A stretch of 61,717 nucleotides of DNA, filler included, from Nemertoderma westbladi (GCA_032718475.1; 3 parts of 3 records of this genome joined end to end with filler, not necessarily neighbours in it), one strand, 5' to 3'; positions 22,550 through 34,824 are shown, numbered from the whole stretch's first letter. Program-made: numbers and translations. The notes: a model not told the origin generated them from the sequence alone.

Positions 22550-25500
22550 CGCCGTGGCCTGACCCTTTAAACATTCCCATGGGGGAATCGAACCCACGAC
22601 CTCCACAGAGATGTGAATTCAATGCAACCACTAGTAGTGGTTGCATTGAGTAGTGGTCTAGTAATATAATGTAGTAGTGGTTGCATTGAGTAGTGGTATA
22701 GTAGTATAGTAGTTGTTGCATTGAGTAGTGGTCTAGTAGTATAGTAGTTGTTGCATTGAGTAGTGGTCTAGTAGTATAGTAGTGGTTGCATTGAGTAGTG
22801 GTCTAGTAGTATAGTAGTTGTTGCATTGAGTAGTGGTCTAGTAGTATAGTAGTTGTTGCATTGAGTAGTGGTCTAGTAGTATAGTAGTGGTTGCATTGAG
22901 TAGTGGTCTAGTAGTATAGTAGTGGTTGCATTGAGTAGTGGTCTAGTAGTATAGTAGTGGTTGCATTGAGTAGTGGTCTAGTAGTATAGTAGTGGTTGCA
23001 TTGAGTAGTGGTCTAGTAGTATAGTAGTGGTTGCATTGAGTAGTGGTCTAGTAGTATAGTAGTGGTTGCATTGAGTAGTGGTCTAGTAGTATAGTAGTGG
23101 TTGCATTGAGTAGTGGTCTAGTAGTATAGTAGTGGTTGCATTGAGTAGTGGTCTAGTAGTATAGTAGTGGTTGCATTGAGTAGTGGTCTAGTAGTATAGT
23201 AGTGGTTGCATTGAGTAGTGGTCTAGTAGTATAGTAGTGGTTGCATTGAGTAGTGGTCTAGTAGTATAGTAGTGGTTGCATTGAGTAGTGGTCTAGTAGT
23301 ATAGTAGTGGTTGCATTGAGTAGTGGTCTAGTAGTATAGTAGTGGTTGCATTGAGTAGTGGTCTAGTAGTATAGTAGTTGTTGCATTGAGTAGTGGTCTA
23401 GTAGTATAGTAGTGGTTGCATTGAGTAGTGGTCTAGTAGTATAGTAGTTGTTGCATTGAGTAGTGGTCTAGTAGTATAGTAGTGGTTGCATTGAGTAGTG
23501 GTCTAGTAGTATAGTAGTGTTGCATTGAGTAGTGGTCTAGTAGTATAGTAGTGGTTGCATTGAGTAGTGGTCTAGTAGTATAGTAGTTGTTGCATTGAGT
23601 AGTGGTCTAGTAGTATAGTAGTGGTTGCATTGAGTAGTGGTCTAGTAGTATAGCAGTTGTTGCATTGAGTAGTGGTCTAGTAGTATAGTAGTGGTTGCAT
23701 TGAGTTGTGGTCTAGTAGTATAGTAGAGGTTGCATTGAGTAGTGGTCTAGTAGTATAGTAGTGGTTGCATTGAGTAGTGGTCTAGTAGTATAGTAGTGGT
23801 TGCATTGAGTAGTGGTCTAGTATTATAGTAGTGGTTGCATTGAGTAGTGGTCTAGTAGTATAGTAGTGGTTGCCTTGAGTAGTGGTCTAGTAGTATAGTA
23901 GTTGTTGCATTGAGTAGTGGTCTAGTAGTATAGTAGTGGTTGCATTGAGTAGTGGTCTAGTAGTATAGTAGTGGTTGCATTGAGTAGTGGTCTAGTAGTA
24001 TAGTAGTGGTTGCATTGAGTAGTGGTCTAGTAGTATAGTAGTTGTTGCATTGAGTAGTGGTCTAGTAGTATAGTAGTTGTTGCATTGAGTAGTGGTCTAG
24101 TAGTATAGTAGTGGTTGCATTGAGTAGTGGTCTAGTAGTATAGTAGTGGTTGCATTGAGTAGTGGTCTAGTAGTATAGTAGTGGTTGCATTGAGTAGTGG
24201 TCTAGTAGTATAGTAGTTGTTGCATTGAGTAGTGGTCTAGTAGTATAGTAGTGGTTGCATTGAGTAGTGGTCTAGTAGTATAGTAGTGGTTGCATTGAGT
24301 AGTGGTCTAGTAGTATAGTAGTTGTTGCATTGAGTAGTGGTCTAGTAGTATAGTAGTGGTTGCATTGAGTAGTGGTCTAGTAGTATAGTAGTTGTTGCAT
24401 TGAGTAGTGGTCTAGTAGTATAGTAGTGGTTGCATTGAGTAGTGGTCTAGTAGTATAGTAGTGGTTGCATTGAGTAGTGGTCTAGTAGTATAGTAGTGGT
24501 TGCATTGAGTAGTGGTCTAGTAGTATAGTAGTTGTTGCATTGAGTAGTGGTCTAGTAGTATAGTAGTGGTTGCATTGAGTAGTGGTCTAGTAGTATAGTA
24601 GTGGTTGCATTGAGTAGTGGTCTAGTAGTATAGTAGTGGTTGCATTGAGTAGTGGTCTAGTAGTATAGTAGTGGTTGCATTGAGTAGTGGTCTAGTAGTA
24701 TAGTAGTGGTTGCATTGAGTAGTAGTCTAGTAGTATAGTAGTGGTTGCATTGAGTAGTGGTCTAGTAGTATAGTAGTGGTTGCATTGAGTAGTGGTCTAG
24801 TAGTATAGTAGTGGTTGCATTGAGTAGTGGTCTAGTAGTATAGTAGTTGTTGCATTGAGTAGTGGTCTAGTAGTATAGTAGTGGTTGCATTGAGTTGTGG
24901 TCTAGTAGTATAGTAGTGGTTGCATTGAGTAGTGGTCTAGTAGTATAGTAGTGGTTGCATTGAGTAGTGGTCTAGTAGTATAGTAGTGGTTGCATTGAGT
25001 AGTGGTCTAGTAGTATAGTAGTTGTTGCATTGAGTAGTGGTCTAGTAGTATAGTAGTGGTTGCATTGAGTAGTGGTCTAGTAGTATAGTAGTGGTTGCAT
25101 TGAGTAGTGGTCTAGTAGTATAGTAGTTGTTGCATTGAGTAGTGGTCTAGTAGTATAGTAGTGGTTGCATTGAGTAGTGGTCTAGTAGTATAGTAGTTGT
25201 TGCATTGAGTAGTGGTCTAGTAGTATAGTAGTGGTTGCATTGAGTAGTGGTCTAGTAGTATAGTAGTGGTTGCATTGAGTAGTGGTCTAGTAGTATAGTA
25301 GTGGTTGCATTGAGTAGTGGTCTAGTAGTATAGTAGTGGTTGCATTGAGTAGTGGTCTAGTAGTATAGTAGTGGTTGCATTGAGTAGTGGTCTAGTAGTA
25401 TAGTAGTTGGTTGCATTGAGTAGTGGTCTAGTAGTATAGTAGTTGTTGCATTGAGTAGTGGTCTAGTAGTATAGTAGTGGTTGCATTGAGTAGTGGTCTA

Positions 25501-25956
25501 GTAGTATAGTAGTGGTTGCATTGAGTAGTGGTCTAGTAGTATAGTAGTTGTTGCATTGAGTAGTGGTCTAGTAGTATAGTAGAGGTTGCATTGAGTAGTG
25601 GTCTAGTAGTATAGTAGTTGTTGCATTGAGTAGTGGTCTAGTAGTATAGTAGTGATTGCATTGAGTAGTGGTCTGTAGTATAGTAGTGGTTGCATTGAGT
25701 AGTGATCTAGTAGTATAGTTTTGGTTGCATTGAGTAGTGGTCTAGTAGTATAGTAGTGGTTGCATTGAGTAGTGGTCTAGTAGTATAGTAGTTGGTTGCA
25801 TTGAGTAGTGGTCTAGTAGTATAGTAGTGGTTGCATTGAGTAGTGGTCTAGTAGTATAGTAGTGGTTGCATTGAGTAGTGGTCTAGTAGTATAGTAGTGG
25901 TTGCATTGAGTAGTGGTCTAGTAGTATAGTAGTGGTCCACTACACCACGGTAGAAC
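22550..25956 (-). mobile_element. tRNA-derived SINE split in two by the satellite (5' part 25937-25956; remainder about 22550-22633)
   Basis: Minus strand reads GTTCTACCGTGGTGTAGTGG [array] TAGTGGTTGCATTGAATTCACATCTCTGTGGAGGTCGTGGGTTCGATTCCC, matching the uninterrupted copies. Confidence 0.8.
22634..25936. repeat. 35-bp satellite, about 94 copies, highly homogeneous
   Basis: Unit GTAGTGGTTGCATTGAGTAGTGGTCTAGTAGTATA; main variant has GTTG in place of GTGG. Confidence 0.99.
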
Positions 25957-26017
25957 TTGACACTAGACAAAAGTGCCGCTTTTTACTAATTATTCTAGTA
26001 GCTGAAACGAATTGTCA

Positions 26018-26222
26018 AACAGTTCATGCTTTATTGGACGCGGATCTTTGGGTGTTTTCGCCCTTGTTGTATCAAATAACTCATTTTAAGTGGTTGTGGT
26101 ATCGGTATAAATTATTATTTATTACATATAGATCTACAATTACTGTCATACTGTGTTGCAGCTGCAATACAACACAAGCGCGAAATTCCCTAAGGTCCGC
26201 GTCTACTAACGCATGAACTGTC
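26018..26222. mobile_element. Small fold-back MITE-like element
   Basis: ACAGTTCATGCTTTATTGGACGCGGATCTT... is an imperfect inverse of ...AAGGTCCGCGTCTACTAACGCATGAACTGT. Confidence 0.55.
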
Positions 26223-26801
26223 TCCTTGAATCGCTTACTACCAATCTTACAACAAACAAACATTCACCGGAATGAGGGATTGAACACGGTACCTAGAGAT
26301 TCCTATCAACTTCGCCGTATGAATCCTTATAAAACTAAAACATAACTGGAATTAACAACAACAACACCACCAACAATAACAACGGAGTGAATACTAGAGG
26401 TCTCACTACGCGGACCTAAAAATGACTGCTGAGCCGGCTTATCGACAAAATTTCGTTGCCACAACTCCCTTTCACCACTGACTTTCGCGAGATTATCGGC
26501 ATCTTTACGGTCAGTTTTCTTTAAGAGGCGTCACAATAAAGTCATGGTTGTCACAATATTGTTATCTAGCTGGTACTGCGAAAGCAATGTCCTACAAAGC
26601 TGAGGCGGGGAATATTTACAACTGTAAAATAAGTTACCTTGGACAGTTTTTCTTCGGCCAGTTCTTGCTATTAACGTCGCACCATTTTTATCAACAGAAT
26701 ATCTACGAAAATAAATATATTTAGGATAAATCAATGCCCTCTAAATGTATATGGATGTTAGACACCCAGATGGTATTAGACCATATGCGTAGGTTAGGTA
26801 C

Positions 26802-26996
26802 CTGTAAGATGCAGTACACACCTGTCAGCAGTATCAACGAAATCTTCCTCATCCAGACCCTTAGCGTTTTCAGTATCCACTGAAAATGCCGGATCATAGG
26901 GCTCGTCATTAATATTTACAACCAGCTTGTCTTCTACAACTTCATCATCATTGTCCTGAACTTCCAGAATCCTGGAACTGACATCAATATTGGGAC
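26802..26996 (-). CDS. Possible isolated internal exon (195 nt, acidic peptide), gene unknown
   Basis: TTGTTGTAG| acceptor and CAG|GTACCT donor; length is a multiple of 3; open frame PNIDVSSRILEVQDNDDEVVEDK...DEEDFVDTAD. No family recognised. Confidence 0.35.
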
Positions 26997-29947
26997 CTAC
27001 AACAATGAACAACACTAGTCCAGTCTGCGACGTGAGTATAACCTAGTATCAATAGTGTCCAAGTATCAATAATTCCGTCAATGTCGTCTGAGCTAATATT
27101 GATGATTACTTCCGGTCCGGTATCTCTACTACAGTAGATCAGTTTCAGTAAGCTCCCACCGGAAGCCCGTCGGGATTAATTAGTACGTTTTGTGTTAAAA
27201 GCCGTATTACCGCATTAGTTTTTTGACGAGCCCAGCCCATATCCAACCATTCAACACGTTTGTGGGGCCTTCGCGCAGCACGAGGCCCAGTTATGAGATA
27301 CAAATTAAAATTGAGCGACTGTATCACAAAATCAGGTTTTGAGAAATTTACCCACACCACCAATCAATCCAAGAAAGGGGGACAGTACGTGTTCACCCCT
27401 TTTAATCTCTCCACCCCCCCCCCCCCCCACCCTTCCCAACATCCAATACATAACCGCGACATCTACCACCCACGGAAGGGTAGAACGAACTTATTTCCAA
27501 TCGCACGTTCAATATGCAAAGCCAGGTGGTGCATAGGAATATATTCAACGCCGTACTCGTCTTAATTATTATAAGCGTCGTTGCGCTCGTCCTGTTTTGT
27601 ATTTAAATATATTTCCTAAACGCAGACTGGCAATCTTTATAACTATGGATACGTGCAATATGCGAAACCAGGAATGGTTTATAGGAATATAATCAATGCA
27701 GAACGCAGTACTAAATGCAGTCGATGCAGTAATGATATTCAAATAATTAATTTAATACCAGTACCCTCTGTTAATGCCTCAGTGTAAAAACTTAGACAAT
27801 TCAACTACAAAGAAATCCCATCAAAAAATAATAAGCCCAATATTTATGAGGAAAAAACAAGTATGGATATAAATAAGCCTTCTGCAGTGGTAAAATGTTA
27901 TTGACTGACATTTATTAAATGAGATCTGTCTAACACACAATAACACAATAATAGACTGAATAGTAGGGAATTCAGATTTCCATCTCGTTAGCTAGCTATG
28001 GCCAATCTGTCTACCGGCCTGTACACATGTGGTTACTTACATTCGCATTCCCATTGAAGAGCAACTGGCTGTTCTACACACACCAAACATCCTTCCCATC
28101 CTATGTACCAGCACCGAGCCAACTTGGATGTTAACCAATAAATGAGCAGTATTTAATGAGAATCAATTTTTTTTGCCGTTTTAATTACTTTAGATCAATT
28201 AAAGACACAATTATTAAAGCAAATCACTTGAACTAATTAAAAACTATAATAGAATGGCGTATGTGGATTACATCTGTATAATTTTTAATTATAATTATTT
28301 AAATCTTATACTGTAAAACAATTAATTTCCTTTAAAAAGCAGGTTGAAAATGGTGTTTTTACCGTAATCAACTTAATTAACTAATTAACTGCTATTATCT
28401 TAGCTTCTCGAAGGCCACACGGAAATTCTACTTGGAAAATTTCTAAACTTTTGCCAAACAACATGTGTACCAAGTTTGGATAGATTTCATCAAAGATTGG
28501 CCGAGTTATTAACGTTTAAAATTGAACGCGACAGAACGACAGAACGACAGAACGACAGGTTGATTAATGGTACCACTACGCTAAGGCTCACTCACTTCGT
28601 GGCTCGCCCCACAGTAATAAATATATGCTTAGAATTCACATTTTCATTTGGGATTATTTTTGGACTAACAATTGTGATTTATATATATTTTTATCATTAG
28701 GCTGAATTTCGATTTGGGGATCTTTCACTGTCACACAGTAGTGGGCTGGTTTGGTTAGCTATTAGTGGGCTGGTTAGCTATCTGATAATCCATAATAGAC
28801 AGGCTCTCCCTTTTCGGTTGGTTCATTTGGAAGTATTTCAGTTTTGGAGAAGCCTAAATGACATTATTTGGAAATGGGACCTGCGTAAAAGCGGTTAATA
28901 GCCGATAATTAAAGAAGCTAGACTGTCAGATTTCAATTTATATTTATTACAAAATTATGCCCTATATATATTATACTGAATCGCCGGAAATGTTCAATAT
29001 GGAAACCCTCTGACTAATTATCGCGAAATTCAATTCAGTAATCAATATTCTCCGACAGACCTATGCATTCACATCGACTTCCGGGCAAGAACCTATGCGG
29101 AAAACTCGCCATTTAGCTAAATGGGCTACGGCCCATGAGTTCCACTGGAAACTGTGTAAAACTTTCCACGAACCGATCTCCGATTGCATCTGTAAATTAA
29201 ATTCTGAAAAACCTCGGCAAGCGACCGGTACCATTGCATCAAATGAATCTCGGGCCTCTCACTCTCAGCGATCTCCGTTTTAACATAAATAAATATAGAG
29301 TTATTTATTTACTTTATTTGACTGAGTTTATTGTGTTTAGCATTTTACTCCTTTACTATGTGATACAAAGAGTAAATAAATTTAAAAAATAATTATATTG
29401 AATGTACTACTCTAAATCTAAATTACATTATAGCAAATTTAATAAATAAATCAAATGGTAACTTTGTTCTCTAAGAAAAGAGCTTTCGAATGAGCCTAAA
29501 ACGAACTTCGTACGACCAATAGAACTGGAGATTATACATTTTGAAGATCTCCGATGACCGATAAGTCTATTCCGTGTAATCCCACAAAGACCACAGAGTC
29601 GCTTATTCGAGTCCCGTCTTCATTCCGGAGACTTGAAGTTGTCTTATAAACTGACAAGTAGGTCCAATAATCATAAAAAAATACCTTCTCAATTAAAATG
29701 TTGTGCTCTTTCTCGTGGAGACATCCAATTGGCACCACTGTGCACAGAAATTTGCAGAAATTGAATGCAAACCCCAAACTTCATCGCCTTTACCGATATC
29801 GCGATATATTGGAGCCAGTATCTTCTATTCCTATGATATCTTCGTAACCTACGCAGATATGGGGAAAACGGTTTCCATATTTGGATTCAGCATGAAATTC
29901 TGCATCAGATAGGGATATGTTTCAAAAGTTCGTACTTTTTGGTCAGA

Positions 29948-30047
29948 NNNNNNNNNNNNNNNNNNNNNNNNNNNNNNNNNNNNNNNNNNNNTTAATTAAT
30001 TAANNNNNNNNNNNNNNNNNNNNNNNNNNNNNNNNNNNNNNNNNNNN
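29948..30047. other. Artificial assembly spacer
   Basis: 44 N + TTAATTAATTAA (stop codons in all six frames) + 44 N. Confidence 0.97.
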
Positions 30048-30374
30048 GGAATATTGGGAAATATATTGCGAATCGCGACCAGAGTAGTACCGAAGGTGAT
30101 TAAACCCGTGGCGCGTATTGCCCTTCGACGGGGGGTTCCATTGGCCAAAAGAGCTGGGAGGAAAATTCTTAAACAAGCAATACGAAAGGGGGTTCCCCAA
30201 TTAAAAAAAACGGGGAAGAAATTAATAAATCAGGCTTTAGCGCGTTCTAAACCGTCGACCAGGGAAGTAGCAAACAAAATTATGGAGGAAGTTTTAAATA
30301 GTGAACAGAAGCAGTCAATAAACGGACAACGTAAAAAAAGGAAACGACGGATTTGTCGCGATATTTTTAGCTAG
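30048..30374 (+). CDS. Polinton/adintovirus small basic amphipathic protein (core or membrane-active candidate); 5'-partial
   Basis: GILGNILRIATRVVPKVIKPVARIALRRGVPLAKRAGRKILKQ...RKKRKRR...DIFS; Lys/Arg-rich; ends 12 bp before the capsid ORF. Confidence 0.65.
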   Translation, partial: GILGNILRIATRVVPKVIKPVARIALRRGVPLAKRAGRKILKQAIRKGVPQLKKTGKKLINQALARSKPSTREVANKIMEEVLNSEQKQSINGQRKKRKRRICRDIFS

Positions 30375-30386
30375 TTAATCGGCAAA

Positions 30387-31640
30387 ATGGAGGATTTTGT
30401 TAATGAGGAACTTAATCTATTTAGTAGTATCGATTCACAGGATGCGATAGAAGAATGTTTTGAGCATGACGTTTTCCCAATTACAACGCTTGGGGAGGGT
30501 ACTTCAATAATTGATTTTTCAATTGAGAGGTCGGAAGATCATTATACTGTAGCCCAAGAAACAATTTTAGAATTAGTATATCGAGTTGTAACAACGGCGC
30601 GCCCAAACAATGCCGCGATACATCAAACGCCGCTAAGTCTCGCAACACTCTTCTCTAATATTAGTGTTTTGATTAATGAGCGTGAAATAGAGAGTAATAC
30701 CTCAAATTATGCATATAAAGCGTTTTTGAATAGTGTATTATTGAATGATACTGTTACCAAATCAACAATATTAGCTGCCGCGGGTTACGGCGAGCAAGAT
30801 GAGGCGGGTCTCCCGGTGGAATTTGCAGCAGCGGAAGATTTACAAAGCAGACAATATCATGTTCAGGGTAGACTTTATATTGATCTTTTCAACCAAGTAC
30901 GATTTTTACCTCCAAAAACCAGTATAAAAATAAGGTTGACTAGGGCAGTTAATGAATTTAATCTAGTGTGCCCGGCTAATGTGGTTAGACCTCATATACT
31001 AATATCAAATGCTAAACTGAAAATAAAACGAGCGAAACTAGATTCCCATTTACGTGAGCAACACGCTACTCAACTCAAAATCAGCGATTTCGTTTATCCT
31101 ATTATTCAGAATGAAGTGACCTCGTTTACTATTGCTAATGGGCAGCGTTCGATTGTTAGAGAAAATTTATTTACCAATAAGAACCTTCCCCGTTTTGTAG
31201 TTATTGCCCTCGTTCGCAATGACACCTATAATGGTAACTTATTAAGAAATTCGTTAATGTTTGAGCATTTCCATTGTAATTACCTACAGTTGACACTAGA
31301 TGGCAAAGTTCTCGGAGGAATAACCTATAAGCCTAATTTTAATAGTGGAGAGTTTATCAATGAATATTGCGCCCTCCAAAATAATTTATTATCGATAACA
31401 CGTGGTACGAGTAATGGGATAACACCAAATCAGTTTCGAGATCGTTATCCTTTCTTTATCTGGAATCTTTCGCCTAGTGGTCATCTGGATGATGATGAAA
31501 GACCAATGCATCGTTTTGGGAATGCGAGGCTTGAAATTTCATTTGGTCATGCATTAGGAGCTACAATAAATGTTATAATGTGGGCAGCATACGATAGAAC
31601 GTTAAATATTAGTGAAAGTGGGGCAGTATCAATATTCTAG
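30387..31640 (+). CDS. Polinton/Maverick (adintovirus-like) major capsid protein, double jelly-roll type
   Basis: Uninterrupted, intronless 417-aa ORF. N-terminal ELNLFS...Q..IE...PI.TL....IDF, LYIDLFNQVRFLP, IKIRLTR, LPRFVVIALV, YNGNL..N...FEHF, GNARLEISF. Position upstream of a C5 protease and near an AGTAGT TIR supports the call. Confidence 0.85.
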   Translation: MEDFVNEELNLFSSIDSQDAIEECFEHDVFPITTLGEGTSIIDFSIERSEDHYTVAQETILELVYRVVTTARPNNAAIHQTPLSLATLFSNISVLINEREIESNTSNYAYKAFLNSVLLNDTVTKSTILAAAGYGEQDEAGLPVEFAAAEDLQSRQYHVQGRLYIDLFNQVRFLPPKTSIKIRLTRAVNEFNLVCPANVVRPHILISNAKLKIKRAKLDSHLREQHATQLKISDFVYPIIQNEVTSFTIANGQRSIVRENLFTNKNLPRFVVIALVRNDTYNGNLLRNSLMFEHFHCNYLQLTLDGKVLGGITYKPNFNSGEFINEYCALQNNLLSITRGTSNGITPNQFRDRYPFFIWNLSPSGHLDDDERPMHRFGNARLEISFGHALGATINVIMWAAYDRTLNISESGAVSIF

Positions 31641-31688
31641 AATAATTTGAAAGAGTGAAGCAAACAAGTGTAAATCAATTTCTAGAAA

Positions 31689-32108
31689 ATGTTAAACTCT
31701 AACGATTTAAACAATTTCCCCTTAGGGGAACATTATCAGGGGTCTTTTCCTATAAATCGCCTACCCAATAAGCAGAATAAAAAAATGAGTTTCATATCAA
31801 ATACTCAAGCGGCTCATTTACCCGGGATGCATTGGGTTGCAATTTTCGTAGACTGTGACCGTGGTGAATATTTTGATTCATTCGCGCGATATCCACCCCC
31901 GCAAATCGAGGACTGGTTGCTACGTAATACTAAAAAGTGGTTTAGAACGAGGCAGATTGTTCAACACCCGCTGCGAACTAGTTGTGGGGGTTATTGTTTA
32001 TTTTATTTATACGAAAGAGGAAAAACTTCTACTCCATTAAATTTTTTTGGGGAAGATTTAAATAAAAATGAGAGACTGCTCGCCTGCTGGTTGAAGGAAA
32101 AAATCTAA
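31689..32108 (+). CDS. Adenain-like (peptidase C5) virion maturation cysteine protease
   Basis: NT....PGMHWVAIF (His), EYFDSF (Asp), Q.....SCGGYCLFYL (Gln, Cys); short size as in Polinton proteases. Confidence 0.92.
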   Translation: MLNSNDLNNFPLGEHYQGSFPINRLPNKQNKKMSFISNTQAAHLPGMHWVAIFVDCDRGEYFDSFARYPPPQIEDWLLRNTKKWFRTRQIVQHPLRTSCGGYCLFYLYERGKTSTPLNFFGEDLNKNERLLACWLKEKI

Positions 32109-32859
32109 ACTTTAATTTTTATAAATTATATTAAATTATGTGTTACTTGTTAAGTGTTTTATGTTCATTATTGAGTGTGTTATATATCATAAATGTTATA
32201 ATGTATTATCATAGAGAAAAAAATGAAAAATAACCGGTTAAACATCTTATATTTTTTAAACAATATGGGGAAACAAGAATAAATAATTTACCAACAACAT
32301 CAATATTAAATAATATAACAACAACGGATAAATAATTTACCAACAACATTAATAATAAATAATATAAGAACATCAACAATAACAAAAGATATAGTCAGAA
32401 CAGTTTTTATTAAATAGAGACTGTTTATATTAATAGGGTTGCTGGTCTCCGCGAGTAACGCTTGGTTTAACCCTTTTTCAGGAGAAAGATGCCTTCTCTG
32501 AGAGAACGTTTTAGTAAATAGGTCTGGTGCAAAGGAAAGGGATTAGTAGAGAGGATTGCGTGTTTAGAGGCGCTTCATTGTTATGATACGGGCTGCCTGG
32601 ATATAGGAAAGGGACAAAGCGACGCCGGCTATAGTGGGAACAATGGAGGGCCGCTTGAGCATTAGCCTTGGGCGATATACGGATTTGCTGTAGTCAAGGC
32701 CGCGATGGGATTATTAGTGAGTCAACGAGGGGGCTGCTAACAGACGGGACCGCTCATTTATATTTGCCTTGGGGGGTATACGTGTAGATTCACTGCCTGT
32801 TGTATCTAGTTAATGAATAATGAGGACAGAGGAGGGGCCCCCCACCGATGAACGCAGTT

Positions 32860-33435
32860 GATAGTTGCCAGTAGGGAGCCGTATACCATAGCCATTATAA
32901 AGTTAAAAATAGACATTATGTCATAGTGATCTCGTTGGTAATATAAAAACTAATTAATCTAAAAATAGAAATCAATGTATAAAGTAAAAGTAATATATAC
33001 AATTAATTAATTTAAAATAAAGTACAAATGAATAAATAAAGTAAAATAAATTACAAATAATTAATTAAAATTAAATATAAATAAATAGGTATTAATAAAT
33101 AAAAGAGCCGCGGTGTCACTTATGACACCCTCTTGGGCCTCTCGGCGACAGTTGGACAACACTGATGACCCATTGTGTGTCAGGGCGCTAATCAGTCTGA
33201 TTAATTAGGATAATCAATTAAACCCTAATTAGGAGTCATATGACATCTGTTAGGGTTTAATTGTACTAATTAATTGATGACACCTGTCAATTAGCCTAAT
33301 TGGGAGGTGTCACCCAGACAGTCTGGCGCCAATGACAACCAATGACACCCATAGGGTGATAATTGGGTGTCATATGACACCCAATGGGTGTCAGTGAGGT
33401 CCAACTGTCGCCGAGCCGGCCAAGACCCTACTACT
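32860..33435 (-). mobile_element. Polinton terminal inverted repeat (right end of the capsid-bearing element)
   Basis: Ends ...GACCCTACTACT at 33435 (reverse complement AGTAGTAGGGTC, the canonical Polinton terminus); about 570 bp similar in inverse to 39120-39650. Confidence 0.8.
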
Positions 33436-34460
33436 TGAACCTCACGAACCGTGAGGTGGAAATAATTCAGAACACTCCAGCTAGCGAATAAAAATGTTTT
33501 CAACTAATTCTGATTAATTTTCTTGTTTGTAAAAAAATAAAAGAAAATTCAATTATTATTTGGCGACTTATAATAACAGTCCGGTTTGACGAAATGTAAA
33601 ACGAACTTGATATTCGATGTTAGCGACCTCGAGATAATAAACAAAAAAACTTCAACCGATTTTGAGATGATTTAGTGTTTACGAAAACATTTTTAATGAT
33701 GTCAAAATTCTAGAACTTTCGCCTGCATACATCGAAATAGTCACAAAAAAATTCGAAACTTTTTGTCTCCAATTTCGATGAAATTTGGTAAGCTGGTACC
33801 GATTGCAATTAGGAAGTTTATTTTGAAGGAATTCTGAAATAAAATCTGTAGGGGCCGAGCGATGGAACTTCGAACTTTGCTTCGAGGACCCCAACAGACA
33901 CGAAATATTTAACAGTAAAAAATTCGTTATTTATAAAAACAATGTTAAGCGATTTTGTAGAGAATAAAAAGTTATTCCGACCGTTTCTAGTCTCGAGGCC
34001 AGGGGATTAGCGGATCTCAAGGCGTGTGGTATTTAGGTAGACGCGGGTTCTATCACAAAAGTATCTAAGGAAGAAGCTTGGTCTGGCAGTTTTCGCATTA
34101 GCGTGGAAACTCAATATCTTGAGAAAATCCTTGAGCCTTCACTATGGCCCCGGGGTGTCTACGTTCGGAAGTGGTTCCATCGTTCCAGGCGCGTGGCTGG
34201 GTTACTGATGGACTGCTGATAGTTATTAACATATTTGTGCTTTTTATAATTTATATATTTTTTTATGCAATATTTTGTATAAAAATGCATTCTGGAGCAT
34301 TTTTTCCTTTATAAGTATTTACACAATGAATTTCCCCAATAGCGGTGCTTTACTAATACTGCTACTAATTTTGGTGATTCACTAACAGGAGGTCGCCCCA
34401 GTGGTGGTCGATCTATGCTTACTGTAAATTTGTCCATTGCTAAATATGCACGCCTTTTTA

Positions 34461-34824
34461 AAGGCCCGCTTCCTTGCTGCTTTTTTATCTGCGGTATTCT
34501 GAGCTTTTTTTGAGCTGTTTTCTAGCTTTTTTTTAGCTTTTTTTCAAGCTTGTAATGCCTTTTCTGACGTTCAGTTAAAATTAAGATATAATATGAATGT
34601 TCTAGAATTCGATAATTATGATATTCACCCAGCTTTTTTTTGAGCTTTTTCTCAAGCTTTTTTTGAGTTTTTTTTTAGCTTTTTTCAAGCTTTTTTTGAA
34701 CTTTATTCTATATTTTAGGTTTTAGCATTCAAAAATTCTCAGATTCATCTTGAAGCAATTAATTTCTAGAAATTGTTTTAACTAAATAAAGCTCAAAAAA
34801 AAAGCAGGGCGGAAACGGGCCTTC
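34461..34824. mobile_element. MITE with GGCCCG-type TIRs (PIF/Harbinger-like)
   Basis: Left end AAGGCCCGCTTCCTTGCTGCTTTTT; reverse complement of right end AAGGCCCGTTTCCGCCCTGCTTTTT. Confidence 0.65.
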
